A stretch of 41,244 nt of DNA, taken from the IMG/VR virus record IMGVR_UViG_3300030207_001373, positions 1-41,244 of that record; one strand, given 5' to 3'. Source of the DNA: a virus (lineage: Duplodnaviria; Caudoviricetes). The translations under genes and the position numbers were made by a program. The notes under the pieces are model-generated. The model searched no databases. It was given only the letters and a program-made list of their open reading frames with translations, and was not told where the DNA came from. This document shows positions 9,622-19,571 of this stretch, piece by piece (within the stretch, counting starts at the first letter, position 1; every line of letters starts with the position of its first letter).

Positions 9622-10875
9622 TTATTTTTTTAATTTTCTGAAATATTTTTTAATAGCTTCTTTGTCGGTAGCTTTAAAAACAGTTGTTGGGTTAGCTTGT
9701 TGAAGCATATAATTACTAGGATCTCCTGTTGCTTTTATAACTACAAACTCAGTAGTGCTATCAACATATTTCCCATCAACTTTAATTTTTCTAGGTAACA
9801 ACAAGTGTTTGTAGCCAGGAGGTAGTGTTGCGTTAAAAGAGTTTGCATCAATTACTTCATTGTTGGCTAAGTAAGTGTCCATGTCAGTATAATCTATCAT
9901 ACCTTCACTACCTTCACCCTGAGCCGCTGTGTGTCCAGCTGTAGCTTGTCCATCTAAAACATCTAGCATTCTACCTTGTAATAATGTTTGTAATTCTTGT
10001 CTAGCATTAAAAGAAGCTTCGGGATCATCACTGTCTCCTATAGCAACAAGATTTTGTACTTTTTCAGACATTCCAGGCTCACTTAAAAACGCATCACCAA
10101 GTAAATTATCTGTAACTAAAGACTTATGTGTATTCCAACCACCTTTAGAAAGCATTGCGTTTACTTTGTTTTGATAAAGAACTTTCTGTGCATCATTCAT
10201 AGGTTTACCAGCACCATACAATGTAGCAGACATTTGTAAAAACTCATTAGCTTCAGTGTTAGCTTTATTAAAAGGTTGCTTTGTTTTTATATCTTTGTAT
10301 TTTTGACCACCGAATAATATATTACCATACATATCAAAAGATATATCACCACTGTCGGTATAGATATTGTTTAAATTATCCATAACATCATCGTCGTTTG
10401 CTTTTGAAAAGTTTTGATTATCATAATCAGTTATATATTCACTAGTGTCGGTACCTAGTGTTGTAAACTGTTGACTAACTTGTTTAGACCAGTTTTCTAT
10501 CATTTTTAACTCTGTGTTATATAAATCATAACCTTCTTCGCCTGGTTTATATTTTAATAAGTTTCTAACAACCTCTCTTGCTTGAGCTTTCTTTTCTTCT
10601 AATTGCGGCATTAATTGAGCTCTATAATTGTCTGATATACCAGACAAGTCCATGTTTAAGTTTAAGCCATCTAAATAATCACCAAACTTTTTATCTCTAT
10701 TAGCTTCTCTTCTTTGTTTGTTATATTGAGCATACTTATCAATTGGTAAGTTACCTCTAACGTTAGTTCCTGGTTTAGTAGTTCTTTGGTTGGCTTTGTT
10801 TTGTATAGCTGTAGCACCACCGTAAACACCACCTGCGCCCTTTATTAATCTTGCTTGTAAATTTTTATCTATCAT
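9622..10875 (-). CDS. Putative internal virion/ejection (cargo) protein
   Basis: 417-aa largely helical protein lying between the small and giant cargo genes, as in the three-gene ejectosome arrangement of podoviruses. Called from position only. Confidence 0.6.
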   Translation of the reverse strand: MIDKNLQARLIKGAGGVYGGATAIQNKANQRTTKPGTNVRGNLPIDKYAQYNKQRREANRDKKFGDYLDGLNLNMDLSGISDNYRAQLMPQLEEKKAQAREVVRNLLKYKPGEEGYDLYNTELKMIENWSKQVSQQFTTLGTDTSEYITDYDNQNFSKANDDDVMDNLNNIYTDSGDISFDMYGNILFGGQKYKDIKTKQPFNKANTEANEFLQMSATLYGAGKPMNDAQKVLYQNKVNAMLSKGGWNTHKSLVTDNLLGDAFLSEPGMSEKVQNLVAIGDSDDPEASFNARQELQTLLQGRMLDVLDGQATAGHTAAQGEGSEGMIDYTDMDTYLANNEVIDANSFNATLPPGYKHLLLPRKIKVDGKYVDSTTEFVVIKATGDPSNYMLQQANPTTVFKATDKEAIKKYFRKLKK

Positions 10876-10885
10876 TTTTTATTCC

Positions 10886-11524
10886 TTAAAAGTTACCTAA
10901 ACCACCAGCGGCTGTTATCATATCACCAGCATATCCTTGAACAGCACCACCTACATCTCCAATACCACTAATAACTTGTTGTTTAGCTGCTTCTCTAGCA
11001 GCGTTAGCAGCGCCAAGCCTTTCTTGTGCCATACCCATTTGAGTACTAATTTTATTCATTTCCATATCTTGAGATCTAGCAGCGCCTTGAGCTTCTTGAT
11101 TTACTAACATTTGTGCATTTTTAGCCATTGCCATGTTGTTAGCAGCTTCTTGTTGACCAATACTAGCAGAAGCTTGTTGTGCTTGTTGTGTTCCTTGGTT
11201 TGCCATAGCTTGTGCTAAAGCAGCTATACCAGATCCACCAGCTGCTCCTTGCATATTCTGCATTATGTTAGCTTGGTTCTGTTGCGCTTGTTGCGCCATG
11301 AAATCAGCTTGCTGTGTATTAACAGTCAAGTCTTCCATTGTGTTTTCTAAATTAGCATAAGGATTAGATGTGTCCATAGTTTCAAACCTAGACTTCATTG
11401 TTGCTAGTTCTCTTTCCGCAGCCGCTTGTTCACGTCTACGTTTTCTACCACCAATAAGACCACCAGCGATTTTCGCTGCTCCACCTACACCTGCACCAAT
11501 TGCTGCTACTGCTATAAAACTCAT
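10886..11524 (-). CDS. Small ejection/pilot protein (analogous to T7 gp14 / P22 gp7)
   Basis: Gly/Ala hydrophobic N-terminus (MSFIAVAAIGAGVGGAAKIAGGLIGG), a basic patch RKRRR, a Gln/Ala-rich coiled coil and a Gly-rich C-terminus. Confidence 0.7.
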   Translation of the reverse strand: MSFIAVAAIGAGVGGAAKIAGGLIGGRKRRREQAAAERELATMKSRFETMDTSNPYANLENTMEDLTVNTQQADFMAQQAQQNQANIMQNMQGAAGGSGIAALAQAMANQGTQQAQQASASIGQQEAANNMAMAKNAQMLVNQEAQGAARSQDMEMNKISTQMGMAQERLGAANAAREAAKQQVISGIGDVGGAVQGYAGDMITAAGGLGNF

Positions 11525-11525
11525 A

Positions 11526-12137
11526 TTATTGTTGTTTTAATTTTATACTTTCTTTTAATCTATTTATATCTTCTATAGCTATTTCAGGATCTGTAAAATC
11601 CTCTGCTATAACTTGTTTTTCTACTTCCTCTACTGTTGTTTTATCTGTAGCATGTACTGTTACAAACACGCAATCAGTATGAGTAAATATAATTCTTTTT
11701 GTCCCAGGTTTAGTTATACCATGATGAGGTGCTTCAATATGTTTTATACCATCTTCTGTTAGTATAGACATTTTACCTTGCATTAAAAAAAACGGATGTT
11801 CTTTTTTATGTATTTTAGTAACTAAAAGCTCATTTGCAGGGTTAAATATTTCTCTTATATAACAACCGTCTGCAAAAGTATGTTTTACCGGGTTTAACTT
11901 TTTTGTTTCTTCAGGCGTTAAAAAATGACCTTCTTTTTTACCTATATCTTCTAATTGAGTTATTTGATCTCTAAAAGCTTTTCTTTTTCTTAATTCCATA
12001 CCTATTTCATACGCTTCATCAAAGCTAAACGTGTGTTTTATATCTAACTCTTTAGTCATATCTACAAACTGTTTTTTAGCCTGTTCTTTAGATATAGGAT
12101 TATTTTGTATTTGTTTGTTTATTTCATTTAATTCCAT
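11526..12137 (-). CDS. Cupin-fold (double-stranded beta-helix) protein
   Basis: KHTFADGCYIREIFNPANELLVTKIHKKEHPFFLMQGKMSILTEDG...APHHGITKPGTKR...VFVTVH matches the cupin strand pattern with candidate metal-binding histidines. Confidence 0.7.
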   Translation of the reverse strand: MELNEINKQIQNNPISKEQAKKQFVDMTKELDIKHTFSFDEAYEIGMELRKRKAFRDQITQLEDIGKKEGHFLTPEETKKLNPVKHTFADGCYIREIFNPANELLVTKIHKKEHPFFLMQGKMSILTEDGIKHIEAPHHGITKPGTKRIIFTHTDCVFVTVHATDKTTVEEVEKQVIAEDFTDPEIAIEDINRLKESIKLKQQ

Positions 12138-12142
12138 ATAAA

Positions 12143-12151
12143 TATAATTAC
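12143..12151 (-). promoter_or_regulatory. GTAATWATA intergenic motif (candidate phage promoter element)
   Basis: aaaaactGTAATTATAtttatATG lies directly upstream of the cupin/cargo genes. Confidence 0.35.
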
Positions 12152-12163
12152 AGTTTTTAGCAA

Positions 12164-12586
12164 TTATTTACTACTTTCAACTATTTCAGAGCCTAAAGCA
12201 AATAATTCTGCTTCTGTTTTAGAATTATTTTTAAATTTTACTTCAGCATAATAACCAAGTAAACTAGACATGTTAGCTACATTATCTTTGCTAAAAAATA
12301 TATAATCACTTGTAGTTGGTCTAATTGTAGCAGCACCAATAGTTGTTGTTATAGTACTAGTATCTCTATTTATAGCTGTAACAATACCTATTTCTACAAT
12401 ACCAGAGTTAGCGCCTGATAACTGACTAGTTGCTCCACTTGTACTTTGTGTAAAAACACCTGTATCTGAATTTTGCGTATAATTATCAGTTGTTATATTA
12501 GCACCAGCAACCGGCATGTAATATGTTGTGTCACCAATTTGTACTGAGTCGTTTAAATCCGGAAATGTTAAATTTATACTTGGCAT
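12164..12586 (-). CDS. Small virion tail-associated protein
   Basis: 140-aa beta-rich ORF in the tail cluster, ending in FSKDNVANMSSLLGYYAEVKFKN...ELFALGSEIVESSK. Confidence 0.6.
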   Translation of the reverse strand: MPSINLTFPDLNDSVQIGDTTYYMPVAGANITTDNYTQNSDTGVFTQSTSGATSQLSGANSGIVEIGIVTAINRDTSTITTTIGAATIRPTTSDYIFFSKDNVANMSSLLGYYAEVKFKNNSKTEAELFALGSEIVESSK

Positions 12587-12589
12587 ATC

Positions 12590-14794
12590 TTATTGTTGTA
12601 AATCTGTAAATTCTAAATATATATCTAAAGTGTAGTTGCTAGTTATAGTTATTCCACCTGGAACTGAAACTGATACTCCACCAGCCGGATGACTATATAA
12701 TTCTAACTCAACACCTGTTTCTACACTGTTTATAGATGAAGCACTTTGATTTATACCAAAGTCAGCTGATGATATTGCATTATAACTACTATCTTTAAAT
12801 ATATAGCTTAATCCTAAATCACCAAATTGATCAACCCAGTCAGGTACTCCACCATAAGCTCCTGGTTCTGCTAAATCCCAATCACTAAAACTAAATGTAA
12901 ATGAAGTAGCACCGTTTGTAAAACCAGATTTACTAAATACACCTTGATAATCAGCGTTTGTAATCTGAGACCAAGTATTACTAGTAGATAACTTAGTGTG
13001 CCATCTAACTTGGAAAGTACCTGTGCTACCACCACCACTTAAAATAGTAGGTAGTAAATTTGTTAAAGACAATTCAGAGGTGTTATTAGCACTACCAAAC
13101 TCTGTTATATCTATTGAAGATAATATTGTTACACTAGCTGATCCGTTACCAGTTACAGTATAAATTGGATCACCTATTTGAAAACCGTTAGATGTTAAGT
13201 TTGACCAATCACTAGCTATAGGATCTCTTTCTAATGTTATATTACCACCACCGTTTTTAGTTACAACAACTTGAGGTTGTTTGTTTGTTACTGTTGTACT
13301 AAAAGCTAAATCTGAAGCTGTTCTAAGACCTATGTTATTAGGTGTTAAAGTATAACCTTGAACACTGTTAGGGAAACTAAACGTTTGTGTTACTACCTGT
13401 AAGCCTTGAACAACATAAGTAGGATTAGTTGAAGGTATACTAGAACCTAATGTTGTGTTTGTTCCACCTTCTAAAACCCAGTTATAAGTTGCTGACGCTG
13501 TTGTTGATGGATAGTTTACTGTAAACATAAAACCACCTTGTTGATTAGATGGTATTGCTACATCAGATAAACTAGTAGACGTACTGTTAAATACTCCATT
13601 GTCAAAATCATATGTAGCGCTATCACCAGCTCTTGTTATAGTTAAATTAAACTTAGGAGCAGATCCAGATCCAAGTATACTATATAATCTTTGTGATCCA
13701 GCTTTTGCATTAAAGTAATTAAAATTACCAGTAACACTATTTACAACATTATTATTAGAAGGTGTTGCAGCGCAAGCATGATCAATTATATTAGCTGCAT
13801 CGTTGTGAAAAGCTTGTGTATTAGTTGTTTGCCATGTAAAGTTAACAGTAAATTTTATAGATGTTAAATTACCAAAAGAATCATATATTCTGTCTGACTT
13901 TACAATGCTATAATAACTAACTCTATTTTCGTCATCACTACTTATAACTATATCTGGTTCTTGCACAAAATGTTTACCACTATTTGCAGCAACTATTTTA
14001 TGAAATATTTTACCTGTAGTTCCAGGAACAGCATTACCAGTATAAAACTTTTGATTTATATAGTTAACAGTACCAACATTGTCTTCAAAAACAGCTGGAT
14101 TAGTACCAGTACCTGTAGTTACTGTTACATCTGGGTTAGATGGTTGAAAAGAGTGTAAATAAGCACTTGTTGTGTTTGTTGCTCCTTCTGTACAATTACC
14201 TTCTAAATCAAAATCTAAAGTAGTATCTGCGTTAGGCATAACGTAATTGTCATCTAAATCTACAGTAGCTGTTACAGTGTTTGTTAAGCTACCAGGTGAT
14301 CCTGTATCTGCCAGTGTTACTTTTAATATACCTGATGGAAAAACAACACTATTAGAACCATGTGTATATACTAAACTATTAGAGTTTTGTGAGTATGTTC
14401 TACCACCAACTTTAAAAGTACTAGCGCTTATAGAAAAATCACTATTATTTAAACCACCAACAGCTTTTGATATATTTAACGTTAGTGTGTCTGGATTATT
14501 ACCTAAAGCAACGTTAACAATTCTAGGTTGTGATATTTGCTCTATTATACAGTTGCAAAAAGTTAAAGCAGCATTATTCAATGTTACTTCTTGACTAAGT
14601 GTTATAGTAGAAGTTCCTAAACTAGCAACATAAATATTATCACTACTACTTATTCCACCACCAATAACAAACATACCTTTTCTAACATCGTTGATGTTGT
14701 CTAAAGTAAAAACAGTACCCGTGATAGATCCACCTGTTGTGTTTCTAACTAAAGTTGTATTATCTGATTTTAAACAGGGTATTCTATAACTCAT
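12590..14794 (-). CDS. Thr/Ser/Asn-rich virion structural protein with tandem beta-sandwich (Ig-like) domains
   Basis: 734-aa all-beta composition. It is translationally coupled to the nozzle gene by a TAATG overlap at 14794. Confidence 0.65.
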   Translation of the reverse strand: MSYRIPCLKSDNTTLVRNTTGGSITGTVFTLDNINDVRKGMFVIGGGISSSDNIYVASLGTSTITLSQEVTLNNAALTFCNCIIEQISQPRIVNVALGNNPDTLTLNISKAVGGLNNSDFSISASTFKVGGRTYSQNSNSLVYTHGSNSVVFPSGILKVTLADTGSPGSLTNTVTATVDLDDNYVMPNADTTLDFDLEGNCTEGATNTTSAYLHSFQPSNPDVTVTTGTGTNPAVFEDNVGTVNYINQKFYTGNAVPGTTGKIFHKIVAANSGKHFVQEPDIVISSDDENRVSYYSIVKSDRIYDSFGNLTSIKFTVNFTWQTTNTQAFHNDAANIIDHACAATPSNNNVVNSVTGNFNYFNAKAGSQRLYSILGSGSAPKFNLTITRAGDSATYDFDNGVFNSTSTSLSDVAIPSNQQGGFMFTVNYPSTTASATYNWVLEGGTNTTLGSSIPSTNPTYVVQGLQVVTQTFSFPNSVQGYTLTPNNIGLRTASDLAFSTTVTNKQPQVVVTKNGGGNITLERDPIASDWSNLTSNGFQIGDPIYTVTGNGSASVTILSSIDITEFGSANNTSELSLTNLLPTILSGGGSTGTFQVRWHTKLSTSNTWSQITNADYQGVFSKSGFTNGATSFTFSFSDWDLAEPGAYGGVPDWVDQFGDLGLSYIFKDSSYNAISSADFGINQSASSINSVETGVELELYSHPAGGVSVSVPGGITITSNYTLDIYLEFTDLQQ

Positions 14795-17700
14795 TAATTT
14801 GGAAATTTTGCTGTTACTACTAATTTTCTTTGTGCTATTGTGGTGTCACCTGTAATGTTTGTAGCTTGACCTAAACCTTGTACAGAAAACTCTTTCCAAT
14901 CAAGGTTAGCTAAAGTTGTTGTATCACCTTTTATATAATTAAACCACTTACCTTCTTTTTCTTTAAACTCTGGAACACTACCACTTTGATGATCTGTTGT
15001 AATAGACTCCACATACCAACCATCAATAGCTGTTTGGTTATTAAACAACACACCGTCTGTATCAGGATTATCTTGTAATATTCTACCTTGAGTACCTTCG
15101 TAGTTTAGTGTTTTAAACGATTTCCAAGAACCAGGAGCTTCGTTTAATATAGTCGTTATTGAAGAATCATATTGAGTGTGGTAAAAGAAGTTTCTATTAA
15201 CACTTTCAACGTGATGCTCAAATGCTTCACCACCATTAAATGATATATATTTATTATTTAAACTTTGAGCGGACTCAGGAACAAATGATTTTCTACTCAC
15301 CCAACCTCTTACATTTTCTGCAAAAGAAACAGTTTCACCATTTAATGATAAATTGTAGTTTGCTTTTACTTCATCAAAACTACCAATAATCTTACTTAAA
15401 ACGTTTGTTTCGCCTAAGTTATCTCTAAAATAATTTTTCATACCATGCTCTGATATAGGCTCTAATCCATTTCTTGATAATCTTAACACAACACCTCTTT
15501 GTCTATCTGCAAAGTAAGCTCTAAATCCTTGAGCTACAAATGACTCTGGATTTGTTGATATACCATATTCACCAATGTAAGGTATTGATTGACCTAAAAC
15601 CCTATTGTTAGCTGTTAATTGAGTGTTGCCATTAGCTTCAAATAAAGCATCCTTATTAGCTAAAATCTTAGTAACCTTATCTTCACATAAAGTAATTAAA
15701 TCTGAGTCTCTAGCGTGTAGTTTTTGTATAGTACCATACTCAGGATTTATATCTTTAGTTATTGGTTCAGCTAGTATAAATTGATTTAAACCATTTAAAC
15801 CACTTGTAGAGTTGTATATTTGTGAAAATATTAAACTACTACCTTTTGTTTCTTGTTTATATTGTTCTGCTAATACACTAGATACTTTAGGCCCTTTATC
15901 TATTGTAACAGCATTAAAGTCATCACGTATTCTATTTGACTCTACACCGTTAGCAAAACTATAACAGTTAAACCATGATAATTCTTTTTCTTGATTATGC
16001 TCTGCTATTGGATATGCTTCACTAGCTTCGTAGTATAAATCAAGATTTAAATCTTCTTTAGGTTCAGTCTCCCATATAGCTGGTTCGTTTGTTGAAAAAT
16101 CAAGACCTTCAGAGTGTGATATTAAAAACTCAAGAGTAGCAGACTCAGGACCAGCTTCGTCTTGTGCTTTAGAGCCCCAAACACCATCTTGAGTAGGATT
16201 ATAACCAGCTGGACCAGTACCTATGTTAGGTGATACAGTTAGTTTAAATCTAGCTCTTTTGTTAGAACCATCATTGTAATGAAAACTAGACTTTCTTTTT
16301 CTATAGTTTCTAACTCTTTTCAGCTCAATACCTGTTATAGTGTAAATAGTTTGATCAGGGTCTTCTCTCCATCTAAATTTAGCGCCTAATTTCATTGCGT
16401 TTCTAAAATCCGCTTCAATTAAAGTTGATGATGTTCTACCAACATCAAAGCTAGAGCCTTCTGGAAATACAGAAGAAAATGATAAGTCAAACCTAGACTG
16501 ACCACTTACCATACCTATACCTCTACCACCTTTTGCTGATGCAGATCTATCAATAAACCAGTGTTCGTAGTTTTGACCTCCACCAAAAGGAGCACTACGC
16601 CAAGCACTTCTGCTTTTCTTATTTGAGTGGTTGTGGTATCTAATTTGTCTTGAAGTTATAACTTTATACTGCGCTGTTTCTTCATCTACTTTAAATACGT
16701 CTAATAAGTGTTTTTCTAAAACAGAATCTCTATATATTTTTGCAAAAAATCTACCTTGAAACTCAGGTAAATTTTCTAATTTTTTTCTTGTTATTTCTAA
16801 TTTTAAATCAGGTATTAATGGCCATTGATTATTTGTAGATGTAAAGTCCATATCGTCTTTAAACATACCTTTTATACTTATCTTATAATTACCATTAGCC
16901 ATTGCGGATATTGATAATATTTGATAAAAATTAGAGTTTGTTGATGGACCTAGTATTCTCATGTATCTTAAAACACTAGTTTCTGTTAAAGATTCTTTTA
17001 AACTACTATCGTCAAAATCATCTTTTCTAATTATTATAAACGACATACCTGGTAAAGGTGGACCATCTTGTATAACTGGCCAATTTTGATAATTATTACT
17101 AGTGTCGGTGTTTGATATTTCTAATTCACCATAACTTAATTTTGTTTCTTTTATAAATGTAGGTGCTTCATTTGATATTGCTAAAACTTTATATTTAGCA
17201 GGATCTTTTACAGCCTCGTTTTGTGCATGTCGTTTTTTAAGCTCAATAAAATCACCTTCACTTACTTTGTTTCTATCAGCAGACGTAAAGCTTAACCAAA
17301 TATTTCCATCTTCAGCGTCATACCAACGATCCATAGCTAAATTATAATACTCGTTAGAAGGTTCTTTTATAAAAAACTTAAAAGATTTAGCGAAGTTTGG
17401 AGCTAGGCTATTTATTTTAGCTTTTATTGTATTATAGTTTTCAGCGTATCTTTTTTCTACTTTAGATGTAGCTGTATTGTTTGTTTGTACAGGTGTTTCT
17501 CTACCATACTCATCTCTATATACAACACCTAACTGGTATGTTCTTTGTGTTTTTATAGATTTACCTGGTTTACCAGCGTTCTCGTTTATTCCTTCGTCTT
17601 CGTAACTTGTTATTTGACCAGAAGAATTAACTCTTATTATTACTTCAGCTTCATTGTTACCTTGAGAAAAATATCTAACTCTAAAATAATCAGCACTACC

Positions 17701-19569
17701 CGTTACAGGAAACTTAGTGTTACCTATTGCATAGTTAGCTGTTTCATTTATAAAAGCAGCAATATCATCTGCTGTTAGTGTTATAGTAGTATTTAAAAAA
17801 CCTATATCTAAATCAATATCAAAAGCAGCGATTTCAGAATCAACACCACCAGATCTTATAGCTGTTAAAGTAGTAGGATCTTGTGGTGATATTTCAATAT
17901 CCATTTCTGGTGTAATTATATTACCGTATTTATCAGTTAAATCAAACTGTTGTTTGTAGTTAGCATATATCAATCTATTGCCTACAAACTCTTGACCAAC
18001 AGCGCTTAAAGGCACGTTGTCATACGGTCTAAGTAATTGATTAGCTGGTACTGTAGCGTATATTATTTCAGATTCTATTTCTAGTTTGTTATACTTACTA
18101 TTTGTAGGATCCCACTCTGGATCATGTCTTTTTATTGTTTTTACAGTATATACGTTTGTAGAATTACTTTCCTTATATAGCACATCGACCTCTATAACAT
18201 CTCTAGGTATGTTGTTAAGTATATTACCAACAATTATACTTCTACAATTATTTGTCATACCTAAATTAAAACCTTTTTTAGGGTTATATTCAAAGTCAGT
18301 TGGTAAAAATGCTACTTGTGAAAAAGGTGAAAAAGCAGAGTACTCACCATCTTCATATTTATATCGTAAAGCAAACCTTGGAAACTTATATTCAAATAAA
18401 GGATCTTCTTGTTCTAACTCAACATTCCACGTTTGTATTGAATCTGGTATTATTGTTCCAATACTTATTATTTTAACTTGACAAGAACCAGTGCCAGGTG
18501 AATAAGAAACTATCTTAAATCTAACATCATACTCGTCATCAAAATTATTATCATCTGCAGATGTTGATGCTATTAAAGTATCTCCAGCTTTGTAGTCTGG
18601 AAATGGTTGTGTAAAAGAAACGTAAAAAGTAGTACCAACGGCTAAAGGATCACCTTGACCATCAGTCATTTTTTTATCAAACGTAGTTGATAGATCAACA
18701 TCACCACCGTTAATATCTTCTCTTTTTGTTTTTGATAATGTTAAAGATGGTGGTTGTATTGGGTTTTTCTTTATAACAGTAATGTCTTGTTCTCTAATAG
18801 GCCCTTCATTTATACCATCAACAATATGGTCTGTATGTGAAAGTATACTTGGTGTGCCAGCTTTACATCTAGTTATATTTATTTTTTTAGGTTCATTAAC
18901 ACCGTCGGTAAACATTAACATATCGTCAAATACATTAATACCAGTTATTAAGTTGTCTTTATCAAACTTTAATGTTCTTCTTGATTCAAAAACAACAACA
19001 GTTCCACTAGGTACGCTAGAAGTAACTCCTTGAGATATTGATATGTTTTGACCACTTATACCTGTAATAACAGTTGTTACACCACCTTGACTACTATTAG
19101 GTGGTAAATATGATGCTCCTGTAGAAGGGTTGTATAAATAAACAACCATACCTTTTCTTACAACACCACTTGTTGATATTGGTATTGTTGTAGAACCTTG
19201 ACCCATCATACTTGTAGTAGTTGGTTTATGTCTCCATAAATCTACTAATATAGGTCTAGATGTTCCTTGATCAACATCATACTCTGCTATAAAATCAACA
19301 TCAGTATTAGTTCCCTCTACACCATTTACAAAAAATATTATTTTGTTTTCTTTTTCGTAAGCAATAGAACCTACACAAACATTACCAGCTTGACCAAAAA
19401 ATGTCTTCATCTGTGTACCATAAGTAGTTTGCACAGCACCAACATTATCAGAGTTTGATGTACCTATCTCAATATTTAACGCATCTCTATACTCTCCCTT
19501 CGGCAGTAATCTTTCATCGATGTCTTTATTCATCTTACCTGCCTGGAAAGTTCTTTTAATTTCTGGCAT
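14794..19569 (-). CDS. Tail nozzle/muzzle (tail stabilization protein, P22 gp10-like / crAss-like muzzle)
   Basis: N-terminal F..GKMNKDIDERLLPKGEYRDALNI, plus LMFTDGVNEPKKINI, GNRLIYANY, TYQLGVVYRDEYGRETPV, YGISTNPESF and FKEKEGKWF, all typical of this protein. It lies after the ring proteins. Confidence 0.8.
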   Translation of the reverse strand: MPEIKRTFQAGKMNKDIDERLLPKGEYRDALNIEIGTSNSDNVGAVQTTYGTQMKTFFGQAGNVCVGSIAYEKENKIIFFVNGVEGTNTDVDFIAEYDVDQGTSRPILVDLWRHKPTTTSMMGQGSTTIPISTSGVVRKGMVVYLYNPSTGASYLPPNSSQGGVTTVITGISGQNISISQGVTSSVPSGTVVVFESRRTLKFDKDNLITGINVFDDMLMFTDGVNEPKKINITRCKAGTPSILSHTDHIVDGINEGPIREQDITVIKKNPIQPPSLTLSKTKREDINGGDVDLSTTFDKKMTDGQGDPLAVGTTFYVSFTQPFPDYKAGDTLIASTSADDNNFDDEYDVRFKIVSYSPGTGSCQVKIISIGTIIPDSIQTWNVELEQEDPLFEYKFPRFALRYKYEDGEYSAFSPFSQVAFLPTDFEYNPKKGFNLGMTNNCRSIIVGNILNNIPRDVIEVDVLYKESNSTNVYTVKTIKRHDPEWDPTNSKYNKLEIESEIIYATVPANQLLRPYDNVPLSAVGQEFVGNRLIYANYKQQFDLTDKYGNIITPEMDIEISPQDPTTLTAIRSGGVDSEIAAFDIDLDIGFLNTTITLTADDIAAFINETANYAIGNTKFPVTGSADYFRVRYFSQGNNEAEVIIRVNSSGQITSYEDEGINENAGKPGKSIKTQRTYQLGVVYRDEYGRETPVQTNNTATSKVEKRYAENYNTIKAKINSLAPNFAKSFKFFIKEPSNEYYNLAMDRWYDAEDGNIWLSFTSADRNKVSEGDFIELKKRHAQNEAVKDPAKYKVLAISNEAPTFIKETKLSYGELEISNTDTSNNYQNWPVIQDGPPLPGMSFIIIRKDDFDDSSLKESLTETSVLRYMRILGPSTNSNFYQILSISAMANGNYKISIKGMFKDDMDFTSTNNQWPLIPDLKLEITRKKLENLPEFQGRFFAKIYRDSVLEKHLLDVFKVDEETAQYKVITSRQIRYHNHSNKKSRSAWRSAPFGGGQNYEHWFIDRSASAKGGRGIGMVSGQSRFDLSFSSVFPEGSSFDVGRTSSTLIEADFRNAMKLGAKFRWREDPDQTIYTITGIELKRVRNYRKRKSSFHYNDGSNKRARFKLTVSPNIGTGPAGYNPTQDGVWGSKAQDEAGPESATLEFLISHSEGLDFSTNEPAIWETEPKEDLNLDLYYEASEAYPIAEHNQEKELSWFNCYSFANGVESNRIRDDFNAVTIDKGPKVSSVLAEQYKQETKGSSLIFSQIYNSTSGLNGLNQFILAEPITKDINPEYGTIQKLHARDSDLITLCEDKVTKILANKDALFEANGNTQLTANNRVLGQSIPYIGEYGISTNPESFVAQGFRAYFADRQRGVVLRLSRNGLEPISEHGMKNYFRDNLGETNVLSKIIGSFDEVKANYNLSLNGETVSFAENVRGWVSRKSFVPESAQSLNNKYISFNGGEAFEHHVESVNRNFFYHTQYDSSITTILNEAPGSWKSFKTLNYEGTQGRILQDNPDTDGVLFNNQTAIDGWYVESITTDHQSGSVPEFKEKEGKWFNYIKGDTTTLANLDWKEFSVQGLGQATNITGDTTIAQRKLVVTAKFPN

Positions 19570-19571
19570 AC

